A stretch of 64,000 nucleotides of DNA from Longimicrobiales bacterium (GCA_965197725.1 CBDANQ010000057.1:1-64000), one strand, 5' to 3'; positions 1-10,080 are shown, counted from the first letter of the stretch. Numbers and translations: made by a program. Notes: generated by a model not told the origin, from the sequence alone.

Positions 1-299
1 GGAGGGCTCTTGGCGTCTAGCCCGGAACCTGCCGGGGCACAGCCAAGAGTACCGGTTGTGCAGGTGGGTGTTGAAACGGAGAATTGTGCGGAGGGGACAG
101 GCGCGCTGAAGCGCTGCTGGTCACCGGCTGATCCAGCACCCGCCCCTGGCAATCGAAGTGCCTCTCTGGGAGTGCAGTGCGGGATCGCTTAGAATCGCGG
201 GCCTATTGGCCGCATCAGACTGTGAGTACGACGCAGGGAGCCGATTCACAATTGGGCAGGGCAGGGATTCGCTGAGGCGTGGTTCGCTATCGACCGTGG

Positions 300-365
300 T
301 TGATGCAAGAATGGGCAGACTATCTGGGCTGGCTCAGGGCCGGTGAGGAGACGGAGGCCCGGTAG
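300..365 (+). pseudogene. C-terminal tail remnant of a P4-like tyrosine integrase
   Basis: ttg atg caa gaa tgg gca gac tat ctg = LMQEWADYLG...*, matching the typical P4-integrase terminal motif (LMQxWADYL); the rest of the gene is absent. Confidence 0.5.
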
Positions 366-444
366 GAGATGTGACGGGCACGGCGCCGGGTGGCGAAGCA
401 CGGCGGCCATGAGGACCGATGCCAACGGCGGAGATTGACCCCCC

Positions 445-799
445 CTGCACTGGGCACCTCCAGACGATCAAGCGCGCCTTTCCTGGCGCAACGAGATCGA
501 CGCCACTGAGAACGGAGCAGCGGGAATCGCCATTCTGCTGGCCCGTCGGTTGCTGGGCCTTATGGTGACAAGCCGGTCTCGGCACGGCACCGGCTTCGAC
601 TACTGGCTGGGCAGAGACATCGACGGACCCCCGATGCAGCACGAAGTCCGTTTGGAGGTGTCAGGTATTCGCAGTGGGTCATCCGCCGATGTGGCCCGGC
701 GGATAGGGCAGAAGCTGGACCAGATGCAACGCGGCGACGTCCGGCTACGCAATCGTAGTGGAATTCGGGCGTCCAACCGCTGCGGTGGCTGTACGATGA
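445..799 (+). pseudogene. Conserved hypothetical protein (GTGFDYWLG / LEVSGI motif), 5' truncated and frameshifted
   Basis: Frame from 445 reads LHWAPPDDQARLSWRNEIDATENGAAGIAILL...SRHGTGFDYWLG...RLEVSGI; the C-terminus GYAIVVEFGRPTAAVAVR* is in another frame and ends with TGA at 797-799. Confidence 0.6.
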
Positions 800-1305
800 A
801 TGAATCGCGTGCCGCTCATGATCGGGCGATGGACCTGGCGTTCCTTGCGAACCGATCCAAGGCCGTCGGCGATTTGGGCGAAGCCAACCGACTGTACGAA
901 GAGGCCTTGGAAAGCGAGCTGGCCGCACTCCGCACCCTCCGTCACCCGACCGCCATAACCTCCGCCATAATGCATCGGAGTGCCGCTTGGCTGGCCTTGG
1001 AGTGCAAGAAGAACCGGCTCGCCGAGAAGCTTGCATCCACCGCGCTTGCGGGGGACCCGCCACCCGGGGTTGCGGAAGAACTGCGGGAAGTCTGGGAGCA
1101 AGCCAACTTCCACCGCCACCTGCGGGCTCAAGGCATTGGTCTCAGTGAGGACGAGATTCAGATGACCTTGTCGGGCCCGGGGGTCGGCTCCGGCGTCACC
1201 GAATGGGTGGGGTACCGGACGCGTGTGGATGACACCCTGCGATTGTACGCCCGCTCTGGAACTCGGTGGTGTCCGTGCAGGGCGAGCGACACGGCGATGC
1301 CGTGA
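796..1305 (+). pseudogene. Helical hypothetical protein translationally coupled to the upstream gene, probably 3' truncated
   Basis: ATGA overlap at 796-799; MNESRAAHDRAMDLA...HRSAAWLAL...ALAGDPPPGVAEELREV; the sequence loses coherence after ~1240. Confidence 0.55.
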
Positions 1306-1458
1306 CGCTGACGGAAATCGCTGCGGAATGAATGGATGACTTCGCGAGATGGGTTTGAGATGAGGATCTGGACCCTCATCGAAGACTGGCTTCCGATCGA
1401 GACGATTGGGTGCGAGTCCATGCGGGAGCGGGGAGCGTTGAGTGCGCTTCCGCCCCTT

Positions 1459-2388
1459 CTACGTCCTCCAAGTCTGGTGGGCGCGGCGGCCGCTGCTTGC
1501 CAGCCGGGCTGTGGAGTTCAGAACATATCTTCTTATTTCATCGCTATCAAACATGCATCCGTCTAGGCCGCGAGCCCCGGTAAACTTACAGTCCATAATA
1601 TTCTCCGCGTCACGAAAATCCGCATTCTCAAAAGACGCATCCTCGAAAGACGTGCCCCCAAGGTCCGCTCCCTTGAACGGTGGATTGTATGTCGGTATAA
1701 AGGTTCTTTGTCCGTCGCCCATATCTTCCCATTCCCCCATCTCTTCCGGAGGTTTATCCGACCATTCAATATGGGCTCCCCGAAACAATGCGCCACCCAA
1801 TTGAGCATTCGCAAAGTTGCAATCCTGAAACGAAGCAAAGATGATTCCTAGTCCGGAAAAGGGATTGAGCTTTGAAAATATGACGTTCCGGCAGTCCAAG
1901 TCAGAAAAATCTACCTCCTCCAACTTCACAATGCCTCTACCATCCATAGTGTACCAGCTACCATCATAGAATGTCGAACCCGCGATTCTTGTTATACCGT
2001 GACCCCGGAACGAGAAATGGCTTATTTCTATGCCGTTGAAATCAATCTCAGTCCGCCCCAATCGGTTCAGCCTTCTCACCGCGCCGGCAATTCGATGCCG
2101 AGCTTCTTCGGAATTCCATTTCTTGAAATCGTCTATCAAATCCATCTGCCGGGAAATTTCAAGTCGACGGTCCCTGATGAAAACAAATAGAGCGATGATG
2201 ATTCCAAACACGATAATATCCATCACTGCTCCAATGGCCTCGACAAATATGCCTTGGTACATATCGCTGAATTCTTCATACCAGCTGCCAAGGACGTAAA
2301 GACATCCTACGGAGATAACGGCAAGCACTATTGCGAACCAAATCGGCTCAAGCCAAAGTCTGAGCCAGCGCGCTCCTTGAACAATCAT
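1459..2388 (-). CDS. Membrane-anchored pentapeptide-repeat protein
   Basis: Two N-terminal hydrophobic segments, then repeats such as FQDCN FANAQ LGGAL and FKGAD LGGTS FEDAS FENAD FRDAE; visibly AT-richer than its flanks. Confidence 0.7.
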   Translation of the reverse strand: MIVQGARWLRLWLEPIWFAIVLAVISVGCLYVLGSWYEEFSDMYQGIFVEAIGAVMDIIVFGIIIALFVFIRDRRLEISRQMDLIDDFKKWNSEEARHRIAGAVRRLNRLGRTEIDFNGIEISHFSFRGHGITRIAGSTFYDGSWYTMDGRGIVKLEEVDFSDLDCRNVIFSKLNPFSGLGIIFASFQDCNFANAQLGGALFRGAHIEWSDKPPEEMGEWEDMGDGQRTFIPTYNPPFKGADLGGTSFEDASFENADFRDAENIMDCKFTGARGLDGCMFDSDEIRRYVLNSTARLASSGRRAHQTWRT

Positions 2389-2403
2389 TCGACGCCTTGC
2401 TCT

Positions 2404-2566
2404 GAACACCAACGGCCTGCTCCGCCAATACTTCCCCAAGGGTACCGATCTCTCCGCCCACTCACAGGACGACCTCAATGCCGTGGTTGCCTTCGACAAA
2501 CCCTCGGATGGATGAAACCGTGTGAAGTCTTCGCCAAGACCGTTGCGTTCACCATTTGAGACCGCC
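2404..2566 (+). mobile_element. IS30-family 3' end remnant
   Basis: NTNGLLRQYFPKGTDLSAHSQDDLNAV...TLGWMKP, near-identical to the IS30 transposase C-terminus near 63330-63460, followed by terminal ...ttgagaccgcc. Confidence 0.85.
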
Positions 2567-3129
2567 GGGGGAAACCGAATATGACCCCATCCCGATCCTG
2601 AGGCCCCGACCCCGTGATCAGGACCACGCCCGGGAACGGCCCCCGTCCCCTCAGGCAGCGTCAGCGTGCCCTCCAGGTGGATTTCCCCGTTCTCGAACGA
2701 CACCTCTTCGACACCGTACGCGATCGGCTCCTCGGCCTCGGGCTCTCCGGCATCGGCCCGCGAGACAGAGAATGTGGTCGTCAAGGCTCCCTGCTTAAAT
2801 TCGCCCTCGATCATGTCGCCCTCATGGGCTCCGTCCCATACGGCGAGCCCGCGGATCGGGCCATCGAGTTCGAAATGCACGCGGCCGTCGACGTAGGAGA
2901 CGGCGATGAGCGGCAGGCCCACCTCGCCCTGCGCCGGGATATCCATCGTGGCGGAAAGCACGCCGTCGGCCTGCTCGAAGGTGACCGAGAACCGGAACTC
3001 TCCCCCGGGCAGGGCCACGGCTCCCGCCCATTCCCCCTCGATGCTCCCCCGGCTCTCGGGATCCGGCTCCTGCGCCAGAGCCGGAGAGGAGATCACACAC
3101 CCGGCCGCCATAATCATTCTCAGGACCAT
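2567..3129 (-). pseudogene. Secreted alpha/beta-hydrolase, frameshifted and truncated by IS30
   Basis: Signal peptide and beta-rich N-domain, then GTLTLPEG; after a shift in the G-run at ~2640 it reads GPFPGVVLITGSGPQDRDG and stops at the IS30 end. Confidence 0.75.
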
Positions 3130-3131
3130 GG

Positions 3132-3452
3132 TCAGTTCTCCTCGACCTGTACGGCAGATCCGTAAACGACGATCTCCGCCGACCCCCCCATGACGTAGGA
3201 GGTCGAGAAGCGGACGCAGAGGATCGCGTTGGCGCCGAACGCCGCCGCTTCACTCTCCATGCGATCGATCGCCTGTTCGCGCGCTTCGGCCATCATCTTC
3301 GTGTACTCCTGGATCTCGCCCCCCACGATGGTCTTCAGGCCGGCGAGAATGTCGCGCCCCAAGTGGCGCGCCCGGATCGTGCTGCCGCGCACCAGGCCGA
3401 ATTCCTCTACAATCCGGTATCCGGCGAGGTCGTTTCGGGAAGTGAGGATCAT
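3132..3452 (-). CDS. ybjQ: YbjQ/UPF0145 family protein
   Basis: GLVRGSTIRARHLGRDILAGLKTIVGGEIQEYT...REQAIDRM...GANAILCVRF. Confidence 0.9.
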   Translation of the reverse strand: MILTSRNDLAGYRIVEEFGLVRGSTIRARHLGRDILAGLKTIVGGEIQEYTKMMAEAREQAIDRMESEAAAFGANAILCVRFSTSYVMGGSAEIVVYGSAVQVEEN

Positions 3453-3928
3453 CGGACCTCATCCTTGTACGGGTCATTTTTCTGCATGAACAGCCGTTCG
3501 CGAACGACCGAGACGAACAGGATCACAAAGCCGGCGATGAGCGCGAGCAGGCCCCAACGAACGTAGGCAGGCATCGTCGTGTCCTGAATCAACTCACTGA
3601 CGGCGATCCAGAGTGCCCACGTCCCCGCGGTGATCGTTCCGAGCGAGACCAGGACCCAGCCGATGCCGCGTTCGAGCCGTCGATAGACGTGTTCCCAGTA
3701 GGTGTCCCAGGTCTCCTCCGGGGGTTTAAACGGAGTCATGGTATCGGTGACCTCCTTTAGGCGATGAAACGTCTCCAGTTCCTCGTGAAGATCCGGGTTC
3801 CCCTCGAGCGCCGACTCGAGTTCGCGGCGTCCCTGTCCCGAAATCTCCTGATCTACTTCGGCCATCATCAGATGGCGCACCCGCTCGTCGCCGGGCGGGG
3901 TCACGTTGCTCTCACTCATCGGCCGCAC
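3449..3928 (-). CDS. Putative membrane anti-sigma factor
   Basis: Directly after an ECF sigma; N-terminal anti-sigma-like helical domain lacking Cys, plus two TM helices. Confidence 0.7.
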   Translation of the reverse strand: MRPMSESNVTPPGDERVRHLMMAEVDQEISGQGRRELESALEGNPDLHEELETFHRLKEVTDTMTPFKPPEETWDTYWEHVYRRLERGIGWVLVSLGTITAGTWALWIAVSELIQDTTMPAYVRWGLLALIAGFVILFVSVVRERLFMQKNDPYKDEVR

Positions 3929-3935
3929 CTCCCTC

Positions 3936-4514
3936 CTAGTGGGGCGGGGTTCTCGCCGTTTCGATCTCGTGCGCGAGGAACCGCCGCGCCCGATAGAGCC
4001 GAGACATCACCGTTCCGATGGGAATTCCCAGCAATTCGGCGATCTCCCGGTAGCGCAGTTCCTCAAACTCTCGCAGGACGAGCGTCTCCCGTTCCCGGGC
4101 CGGCAGGCGTTCGATGGCCTCGCCGACCTGTTCGCGCAGTTCGGCGCGCTCCACCGCCTGATCGGGGCGGAGAGGGCGCCGGCCCATCGTCGTATCGGTA
4201 AGCCAACTGCCCGCCTTCTCCAGTTTCAGGCGGCGTGACTGCTGATCCCGTGTCTGGTTGAAACAGAGTCGTCGGATGATCCGGTACAGCCAGGGAAAGA
4301 AGGGACGTTCGGGGTCGATCCTGGCGCGCGCGCCGAACGCCTTGGCGAAAGCCTCCTGAGATAGGTCCAGCGCGTCGTCGTGGTTCCCCACGAGGCCGAG
4401 CGCGGAATAGTAGGCACGCTGCATGTATCGTGTGACGAGTGCGCCGAAGGCCGCACGGTCGCCACGCTGCGCGCGGACAACGAGCATGCGGTCGGTTACC
4501 TCCGAGGTGTTCAA
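3936..4514 (-). CDS. ECF-family RNA polymerase sigma factor
   Basis: Region 2 (DALDLSQEAF...FFPWLYRI) and region 4 (LRYREIAELLGIPIGTVMSRLYRAR). Confidence 0.92.
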   Translation of the reverse strand: MNTSEVTDRMLVVRAQRGDRAAFGALVTRYMQRAYYSALGLVGNHDDALDLSQEAFAKAFGARARIDPERPFFPWLYRIIRRLCFNQTRDQQSRRLKLEKAGSWLTDTTMGRRPLRPDQAVERAELREQVGEAIERLPARERETLVLREFEELRYREIAELLGIPIGTVMSRLYRARRFLAHEIETARTPPH

Positions 4515-4652
4515 TGTTGACTTCCCATTGTCGCAGGCACCCGTTTAGACCGTGTTGAGCTATCGTACACTACGGTTTACACGCAGCCGCGACCTTTATT
4601 CAGGATTCGTCGATCCGGTTCCCGCTGTTTGATTCCCGCCGATTGGGATCTC

Positions 4653-5090
4653 TCAGGCGCGAACGCTCCGTCGGCTCTCCAGAGCCTTCCTGAGTTGTCC
4701 CTCGTCGGCCCTCTGATAGCATCTGAGCACCGTGTGTGGGTTTTTCCATCCGCCGAGCTCGCAGAGCACCTTGAGCGGCTGGTCCATGAGGTCCGTCGCG
4801 AACTTCCGCCGGAGCGAGTGCCAGCCGCGTCCGCGCTTGGGCTCCAGCCCCGCGAGCGTCTGCGCCCTGCTCCAAAACCGGTACGCCCAGCCCCGGCCCA
4901 TGCACCGGGAGGGATCTCTCCCAGCGGGCAGCACCGGAGCGTCTCCTGTCCCGGTGTCCATCCGTCACGCCTCATCCAAGGCGGCAATCGCCTCGGCCGT
5001 CACCGGCGTCCGGTGCTCGTAGCCCGTCTTCTCGTGCTTCGCTCTCCACCGGATGGTCTTGCCCTCGAAGTCGATGTCCGACCAGCAGAG
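4653..5090 (-). pseudogene. Tyrosine recombinase/integrase C-terminal fragment
   Basis: WSDIDFEGKTIRWRAKHEKTG...*, then GWHSLRRKFAT...LGGWK...LRCYQ (HxLR, GW and catalytic Tyr); N-terminus absent. Confidence 0.85.
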
Positions 5091-5653
5091 TACGGATGGG
5101 CCAGATCACGGCAAGAAACCACGTAAGTTCATACAGGACTGCACGATCTGCCGTTCTTGCCTGGACACGCAGTCTCTTCGCACCGCACCGAAAAAACGGG
5201 AAAACCGCAGCAAATGGCGGGGCTTCGGCGGGGGTTACGGCTACTCACGAATGGACGCCTCCGCCGCTACGGAACGCCGTTGCCAGCCACCGCTCGCTCG
5301 TTCTGGCTGCTAATTGCTAAGAGATGTCCCGGGACCCTAGGTTTCGCCAAGACGAGCCGGCTCGCTCTCAGGCCGGATCGCCCGGAGAGAGTCACTGCCG
5401 TATGACGCAAGGAATGGGGAATGACGAGCTGTCAGTAGGATCACCTGGAACACTCGGCCAACGGTACGTCCATGGGGCTGGTGAATGGCTGTTGACTACT
5501 CGATGAGGATCTCCCGGCTGACCATCGATAAGCTGGGGGTCAAGCTCTACGACAAGGTGTCCGCCGTCATCGCCGCGTGAGTTATCACTTGTGGTATGCA
5601 GGTCACGTCTGGCGATGGAATCATGTCGGCAACGCGGACGTGGTAGGCCCAGG

Positions 5654-5730
5654 TCACTGAGCGTCGCCACGGCTTGCCGCGGTCTGTTGGCGGATCCACG
5701 CATCCACCTCCTTCTCGATCCAGCCGACAG
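5654..5730 (-). pseudogene. alpA: AlpA family regulator, 3' half
   Basis: VGWIEKEVDAWIRQQTAASRGDAQ*, a typical AlpA C-terminus. Confidence 0.75.
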
Positions 5731-6170
5731 TACACACCGGCTCGGGGAAGCTCCCCTCGGTCACCTGCAGGCAGATCACCCACTGGGCCTCCCCTTCCAT
5801 CGTATCTCCCGTGAGGGCCCCGAAGTGCTCACTGCGGACATCTCCTAGCCGGAACACCACCGCCGCTTCCGCATCGTCCTGACTGACCTCGCCGTCCACG
5901 ATCCTGTGGTCGATAAACTCCCGTTCGTAGGTCGGGGTTCCGTCCGCGGATCGGCATCGCAACACGTCGGCCTCGGTCTGCGATCCCGTGAACTCGTGGC
6001 CCGTCTGCACGATGAAGAAGCCGCCCGAGGTTTGGCATATTCCGATGTCCGACGTCAGCACCCACTCGAACCGCCATGTGCCCCCAACCTGCGGGGTCTC
6101 CGGTGCGGTCGGGGTGCAAGCCCCCAGGACTAGGACCGCGAGCAATGGGCAGACCCCCCTTAGCTCATAA
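5731..6170 (-). CDS. Putative lipoprotein, fused in frame to the alpA 3' half
   Basis: Lipobox LLAVLVLGA-C followed by a beta-rich domain; start codon uncertain. Confidence 0.5.
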
Positions 6171-6405
6171 CGGCAGTTGCGCCTACCGAAGAGAACCCCG
6201 CCTGCCGGGACAGGGCGGGGGCCTGCCCTCAAAGTCATTCGATGTACTCTGCTGGTTCTGTGCGCAGGGCGGCCATGTACTCGGCCGCGAGATCCAGCAG
6301 CCGCAGGAACTCGGCATCGGACGAACCGTCATCCCGGGAGTTGATCGCTTGACCCGGAATACCAGGGTCCCTACGCTCCAGTCTACGGCGGTGGCGCCGG
6401 GCTCC

Positions 6406-6816
6406 ATGAATATGGAAGTTGATCCCGTGTCACAACATCGCGTGATAATCCTCATCTTCTTACTGGTGCTCCCCGGATGTTCTCTTGTCTTTGTAGACGG
6501 CCCGCCCCAAGTTCGCCTCGGAGCAGAAGCTCCTCCGGTGTCGCCATGCACGTCGTCAATGACCCTGCCCAACTGGGATCTGGCCGCCGGGGCGTTGAGC
6601 GGTGCGTTGGGCATTTTCCTGTTCATCGATAACGAACAGGGCTTCGTCCTTAGCTCGCGGGACGTAGCACCGTGCTCGTACCCGGAGCTATCTGGATGGG
6701 CTCAGGGATCTGGGGGCGCGGCAAGGTCAACCGCTGCCGTGATTTCCTCGCCACGCCCGTACAGGCTGCTCGACCGCCTGCGCCACGAAGCTGGTTCCAG
6801 CCCGGCACAAAGTTGA
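6406..6816 (+). CDS. Putative lipoprotein/membrane protein, possibly frameshifted
   Basis: IILIFLLVLPG-C lipobox-like segment and a second hydrophobic stretch. Confidence 0.4.
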   Translation: MNMEVDPVSQHRVIILIFLLVLPGCSLVFVDGPPQVRLGAEAPPVSPCTSSMTLPNWDLAAGALSGALGIFLFIDNEQGFVLSSRDVAPCSYPELSGWAQGSGGAARSTAAVISSPRPYRLLDRLRHEAGSSPAQS

Positions 6817-6826
6817 CACCGCTTCG

Positions 6827-7245
6827 CTAGGCCACCAGTTCGCGGTATTCGAGCTTGCCCGTGTTGACAATCCTGCGGAGCGTGTCGCGGAAGATGTAGG
6901 GGTTTTCGCGGTTGTTGAACCGCCCTCCAGCTCTTCCAGGTAGCGGTCCATGTGCTTCGTGCTCATCTTGTGGAACGTCCCGACGATGGAGCGCTTGAAC
7001 AGGCTCCACACGCCCTCGATGCTGTTGGTGTGGACGTCGCCGATGACCCATTCCTCGGCCGAGTGGTTGACCGTCTCGTGGCGCGTATCCTCGTCACCGA
7101 TCCCGATGTAGCTCTTGAGATCGTCAGTATAGATGGCTTCGGCTTCGTCCTTTACGGTGCGGCGTACAAACTCGTGGAGCGTGTCCTTGCGGATGTTCGG
7201 GACGCGCTCAATACGGACGCGGCCACCGCGTTCGATGGCCCCTGC
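6827..7245 (-). mobile_element. IS1595-family (ISXO2-like) transposase fragment
   Basis: AIYTDDLKSY...HETVNHS...VHTNSIEGVWSLFKRSIVGTFHKMSTKHMDRYLEE, then RFNNR after a frameshift. Confidence 0.85.
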
Positions 7246-7256
7246 GACCTAAGTGC

Positions 7257-7470
7257 TTGCTGTCGCGCCAGTTCTTGCCCCGACTCCAGTTGGACTTTCG
7301 GGGTGCGGATCTGAGGGAATCCAACCCTCGGGACGTGAATTTCACGGGGGTTGACCTCCGCGGAGCGAATTTGTCCGGTGCTTATGCCGCAGGTTCAAGT
7401 CTGTCCCGTACAGGATTGTCTGATGCTAACCTATCGGGCGCTCGTCTATATGCTGCGGATCTGCCGGCCG
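7257..7470 (+). pseudogene. Pentapeptide-repeat fragment
   Basis: FRGAD LRESN...FTGVD LRGAN LSGAY...LSDAN LSGAR LYAAD; no clear start. Confidence 0.6.
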
Positions 7471-7579
7471 CGTCCCGTACCGATCATAGTGCCCGGCGGC
7501 GCCTCGAGAGCGCCGGCGCCCTCAGCCGGGCATCGCGACCCCCCCCTCGAGACGATGCCGCAGTGGGCTTGGTTTCCGG

Positions 7580-9030
7580 TCAATCGCCCGTTTGGTCCCT
7601 GGCTCTCCGAAGTCTCTCTTGCATGAGCTGGTGCCGTAACCGGCGGACCACATGAGCTGTGGTCTCTCCGGCCTGCGCCGCCGCCCAGAGGTCATCGAGG
7701 TCCTCTTGAGCGAGAAGCGCAACGCCGTCGCGATCGGCCTTTTCCACCTCGGCCTTCGACAGCGCCGCATGCGGATTGCCGTCGCGAGGACCGGGATCAC
7801 TTCGCTGTCGCGAAGTTTGCTACGCATGTCTGCGGACCGGGCTATGAGCTTGCTCAGTTTTGCCTTTGCGTCCGGCGGCCCGACCGTGCACTCGATGGCC
7901 AGGATGACGGAAGAGGCCGGATCATGAGCCAGGCTGTCGACGGCGTCCCCCAGCCCACTCTGCGTGTAGAGCGGGTCCACATGGAAGCCGAGGAAGAGGA
8001 ACAGCAGACCCACGGCCTCCCCGAACTCCGTCGCCTTGTGCCATCTTTCCGGCCGCAGATGCTCAAGGAACCGGCGAAGGCCCGGGTCCACGACGTTGTG
8101 TGTTCTCATCCGGACGTTGGAGCCCGCTCCGGCCAAGGGCACGGACACGCAGTCCACGCATCTGCCGCCGACGAGAATGAAGAGCGTGGCGGCCGCGTCA
8201 CCCTTCCGAATCGGAATGTCCAACCGCGAGCGGAGAGCACCATCCTCATGTGCCCATTCGCGCTCGCCGAGCCTGGCCGAGTCGTGACGGGGAGGGTCTC
8301 CGGTGGCGACCACGGTCCAGACCAGCTCCGCCTTCTCGACAAAAATGTCCGCAGCGGCCCGCAGGGCGACGCTCATGCGGTCGGGCGAAGAGGCTACTTT
8401 CCCGCGATCAAAGCGCACGGCTAGCGGGGCGATCAGGTCAACGACGGTAATGTTGCCTTGGACTTCCAGTGCCCGGGGTCGCGCGCAGAATCTTCGCACG
8501 AGGTCCGAAAGCCCATCGTAGGCGTTGGGTCCACTTCGAATCACGTTGTCCAGATCCAAGGGATCAGGAACAGCCTGCCCCACAATCTGCCAAATCGAGG
8601 AACCATGGCCCACGAGGGCGTGACAGCTCCAAGGGTCGTACTCCGCACTCCGATACGATGCGGAGAGCTCGCTGAAGACGCATCTCATATCCATTGCGGG
8701 TTGACCCGACCCGTCGAGGTATTGGACGGAGGAGCGCCCCAGCTTCGCCGCACCGCTGACGATTCCATGCACCACGCCGGGCAGGTCCGCAATCGGAAGG
8801 ACGACCTGCCACGCGCGGACGGCTGGGCGATTCACCGGCAAGAACCTGGGAACCGACCGAGCGGGGCGGTGGTCCAGGAATCCACGGGTCACGAGGTTCA
8901 CCCAGCGACGGCCACAACGGACGGCGCAGACACGCAGGTCGATGGACTGCCAGAACCCGGAGCCATTCACCAGGTCGACAAAGCGATCCGCATCTTCCTC
9001 GGTTGAGCGTCGGCGCTGTTCCTGAGACAA
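7580..9030 (-). pseudogene. Hypothetical protein with a C-terminal restriction-endonuclease-like domain; frameshift ~7770
   Basis: FGEAVGLLF...GDAVDSLA...ILAIECTV resembles a PD-(D/E)xK core; a plausible tail (AALSKAEVEKADRDGVALL...) lies in another frame, ending at 7580. Confidence 0.5.
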
Positions 9031-9208
9031 GAGTTCTCCGTGGCGCTAGGCAGGGTTTCGGTCCATCCCGGTGGACATCGTCAACCTAACGCCATCCCAT
9101 CCGACGGTTGGTGGGAGCACAGGGTTGTTGCAGTCTGGCCGGGGTTGGCTGCCGCCCCCCCTTGATCCCCCGGCGCGTGGCGAAGCGCGCCGAGACGCGG
9201 AACCCCGG

Positions 9209-9499
9209 TCAGGGGCCCGCGCCCTCCCCGGTGTCGGTCGGGTTGCCCGTCCTGTGCCGCACGTAGCTCTCGAGTACGCGGTTCATCCGCGTCTGGTAGC
9301 CCGTTCCTGGAGCCTTGAAATAGGCCAGCACAGAGCGCTTGATGCGCATGGTGATCTGGTCGGTGCGATCAGGCTCGACGAGCTCCGCCCGGTCCCAGAA
9401 CTCTTCGTCCAGTTCGGGGATATCGCTGAAGTCGATGCTTTCGTCCTCCACGGCCGCGATCTGCTCGGGAGTGAGGGGCCTATCGTAGCGTCCACTCAT
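9209..9499 (-). CDS. brnA: BrnA family antitoxin
   Basis: IDFSDIPELDEEFW...QITMRIKRSVLAYFKAPGTGYQTRMNRVL. Confidence 0.9.
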   Translation of the reverse strand: MSGRYDRPLTPEQIAAVEDESIDFSDIPELDEEFWDRAELVEPDRTDQITMRIKRSVLAYFKAPGTGYQTRMNRVLESYVRHRTGNPTDTGEGAGP

Positions 9500-9758
9500 G
9501 GTAGACTCTCCTTTCCTTGCGCGATGCCGGGCGGGCAGAGATCAGACGGATACGCCCATGGCGCTCGGTGTGAGCGACCACGATCAACGCTCCGGGCTCC
9601 ACCCGGCCAATGCTGATGTGGCGCTCCTCGCCGTAGTCCCGGCGACGATCAGGCGACGTTGTGACCGGCCCCTCGAAGATTCGCCTGGCGGTGTCGAATC
9701 CGATGCCATGCTTGCGGATGTTGGTCTGATCCTTGGCCTCGTCCCACTCGAATTCCAT
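9480..9758 (-). CDS. brnT: BrnT family toxin
   Basis: MEFEWDEAKDQTNIRKHGIGF...DYGEER...IRLISARPASRKER; overlaps brnA. Confidence 0.92.
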   Translation of the reverse strand: MEFEWDEAKDQTNIRKHGIGFDTARRIFEGPVTTSPDRRRDYGEERHISIGRVEPGALIVVAHTERHGRIRLISARPASRKERRVYHEWTLR

Positions 9759-9764
9759 CGGTGG

Positions 9765-9793
9765 ATTATACATATAAATTGTAGTTACATCAA
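9765..9793 (-). promoter_or_regulatory. Sigma70 promoter of brnTA, probably leaderless, with an operator-like palindrome
   Basis: TTGATG-N17-TATAAT on the minus strand; the ATG is 6 nt after the -10 box; near-palindrome TGTAACTACA overlaps the spacer. Confidence 0.75.
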
Positions 9794-10058
9794 CAGGGTA
9801 TACGGCGATTCTCGCCTTGTCGGATCATGCGCACGACGGCTTGGCACTGCGTGAGATACGTGGCCAGTTGGCTCCACACGCCAGCGAACGCCAAGGGAAA
9901 GGGCCTTGGCGGCGTTGAAGAGCCGCGGGCTGGTAGTGGCCACGGGTCGCCGTCTCGTGGCGCGGTCGAGACGTGCGCCAGTTCTCTGCCTCTGGCGAAA
10001 CACTGGCGCGGATCAGCCCGCTCTGCGCTGTCGATTGACGGCGGCGTTCTCTTATAAA

Positions 10059-10080
10059 TCCGCTAACGTCGATTAGCGGA
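10059..10080. promoter_or_regulatory. Putative tyrosine-recombinase binding/res site
   Basis: Perfect inverted repeat TCCGCTAA-cgtcga-TTAGCGGA about 40 bp upstream of a recombinase remnant. Confidence 0.5.

Noticed and set aside
48..77. ...gtgggtgttgaaac resembling a CRISPR repeat 3' end
   Set aside because: Single occurrence, no spaced repeats and no cas genes
550..1305. 251-aa ORF as a single gene
   Set aside because: It is a frameshift fusion of two genes; the ATGA junction is visible at 796-799
4515..5400. tRNA or att site next to the integrase remnant
   Set aside because: No cloverleaf, T-loop or duplicated att core could be identified
9171..9192. GCGAAGC-containing hairpins here and at ~386-408 as a REP/oriT family
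   Set aside because: Only two loosely similar copies, expected by chance at this GC content
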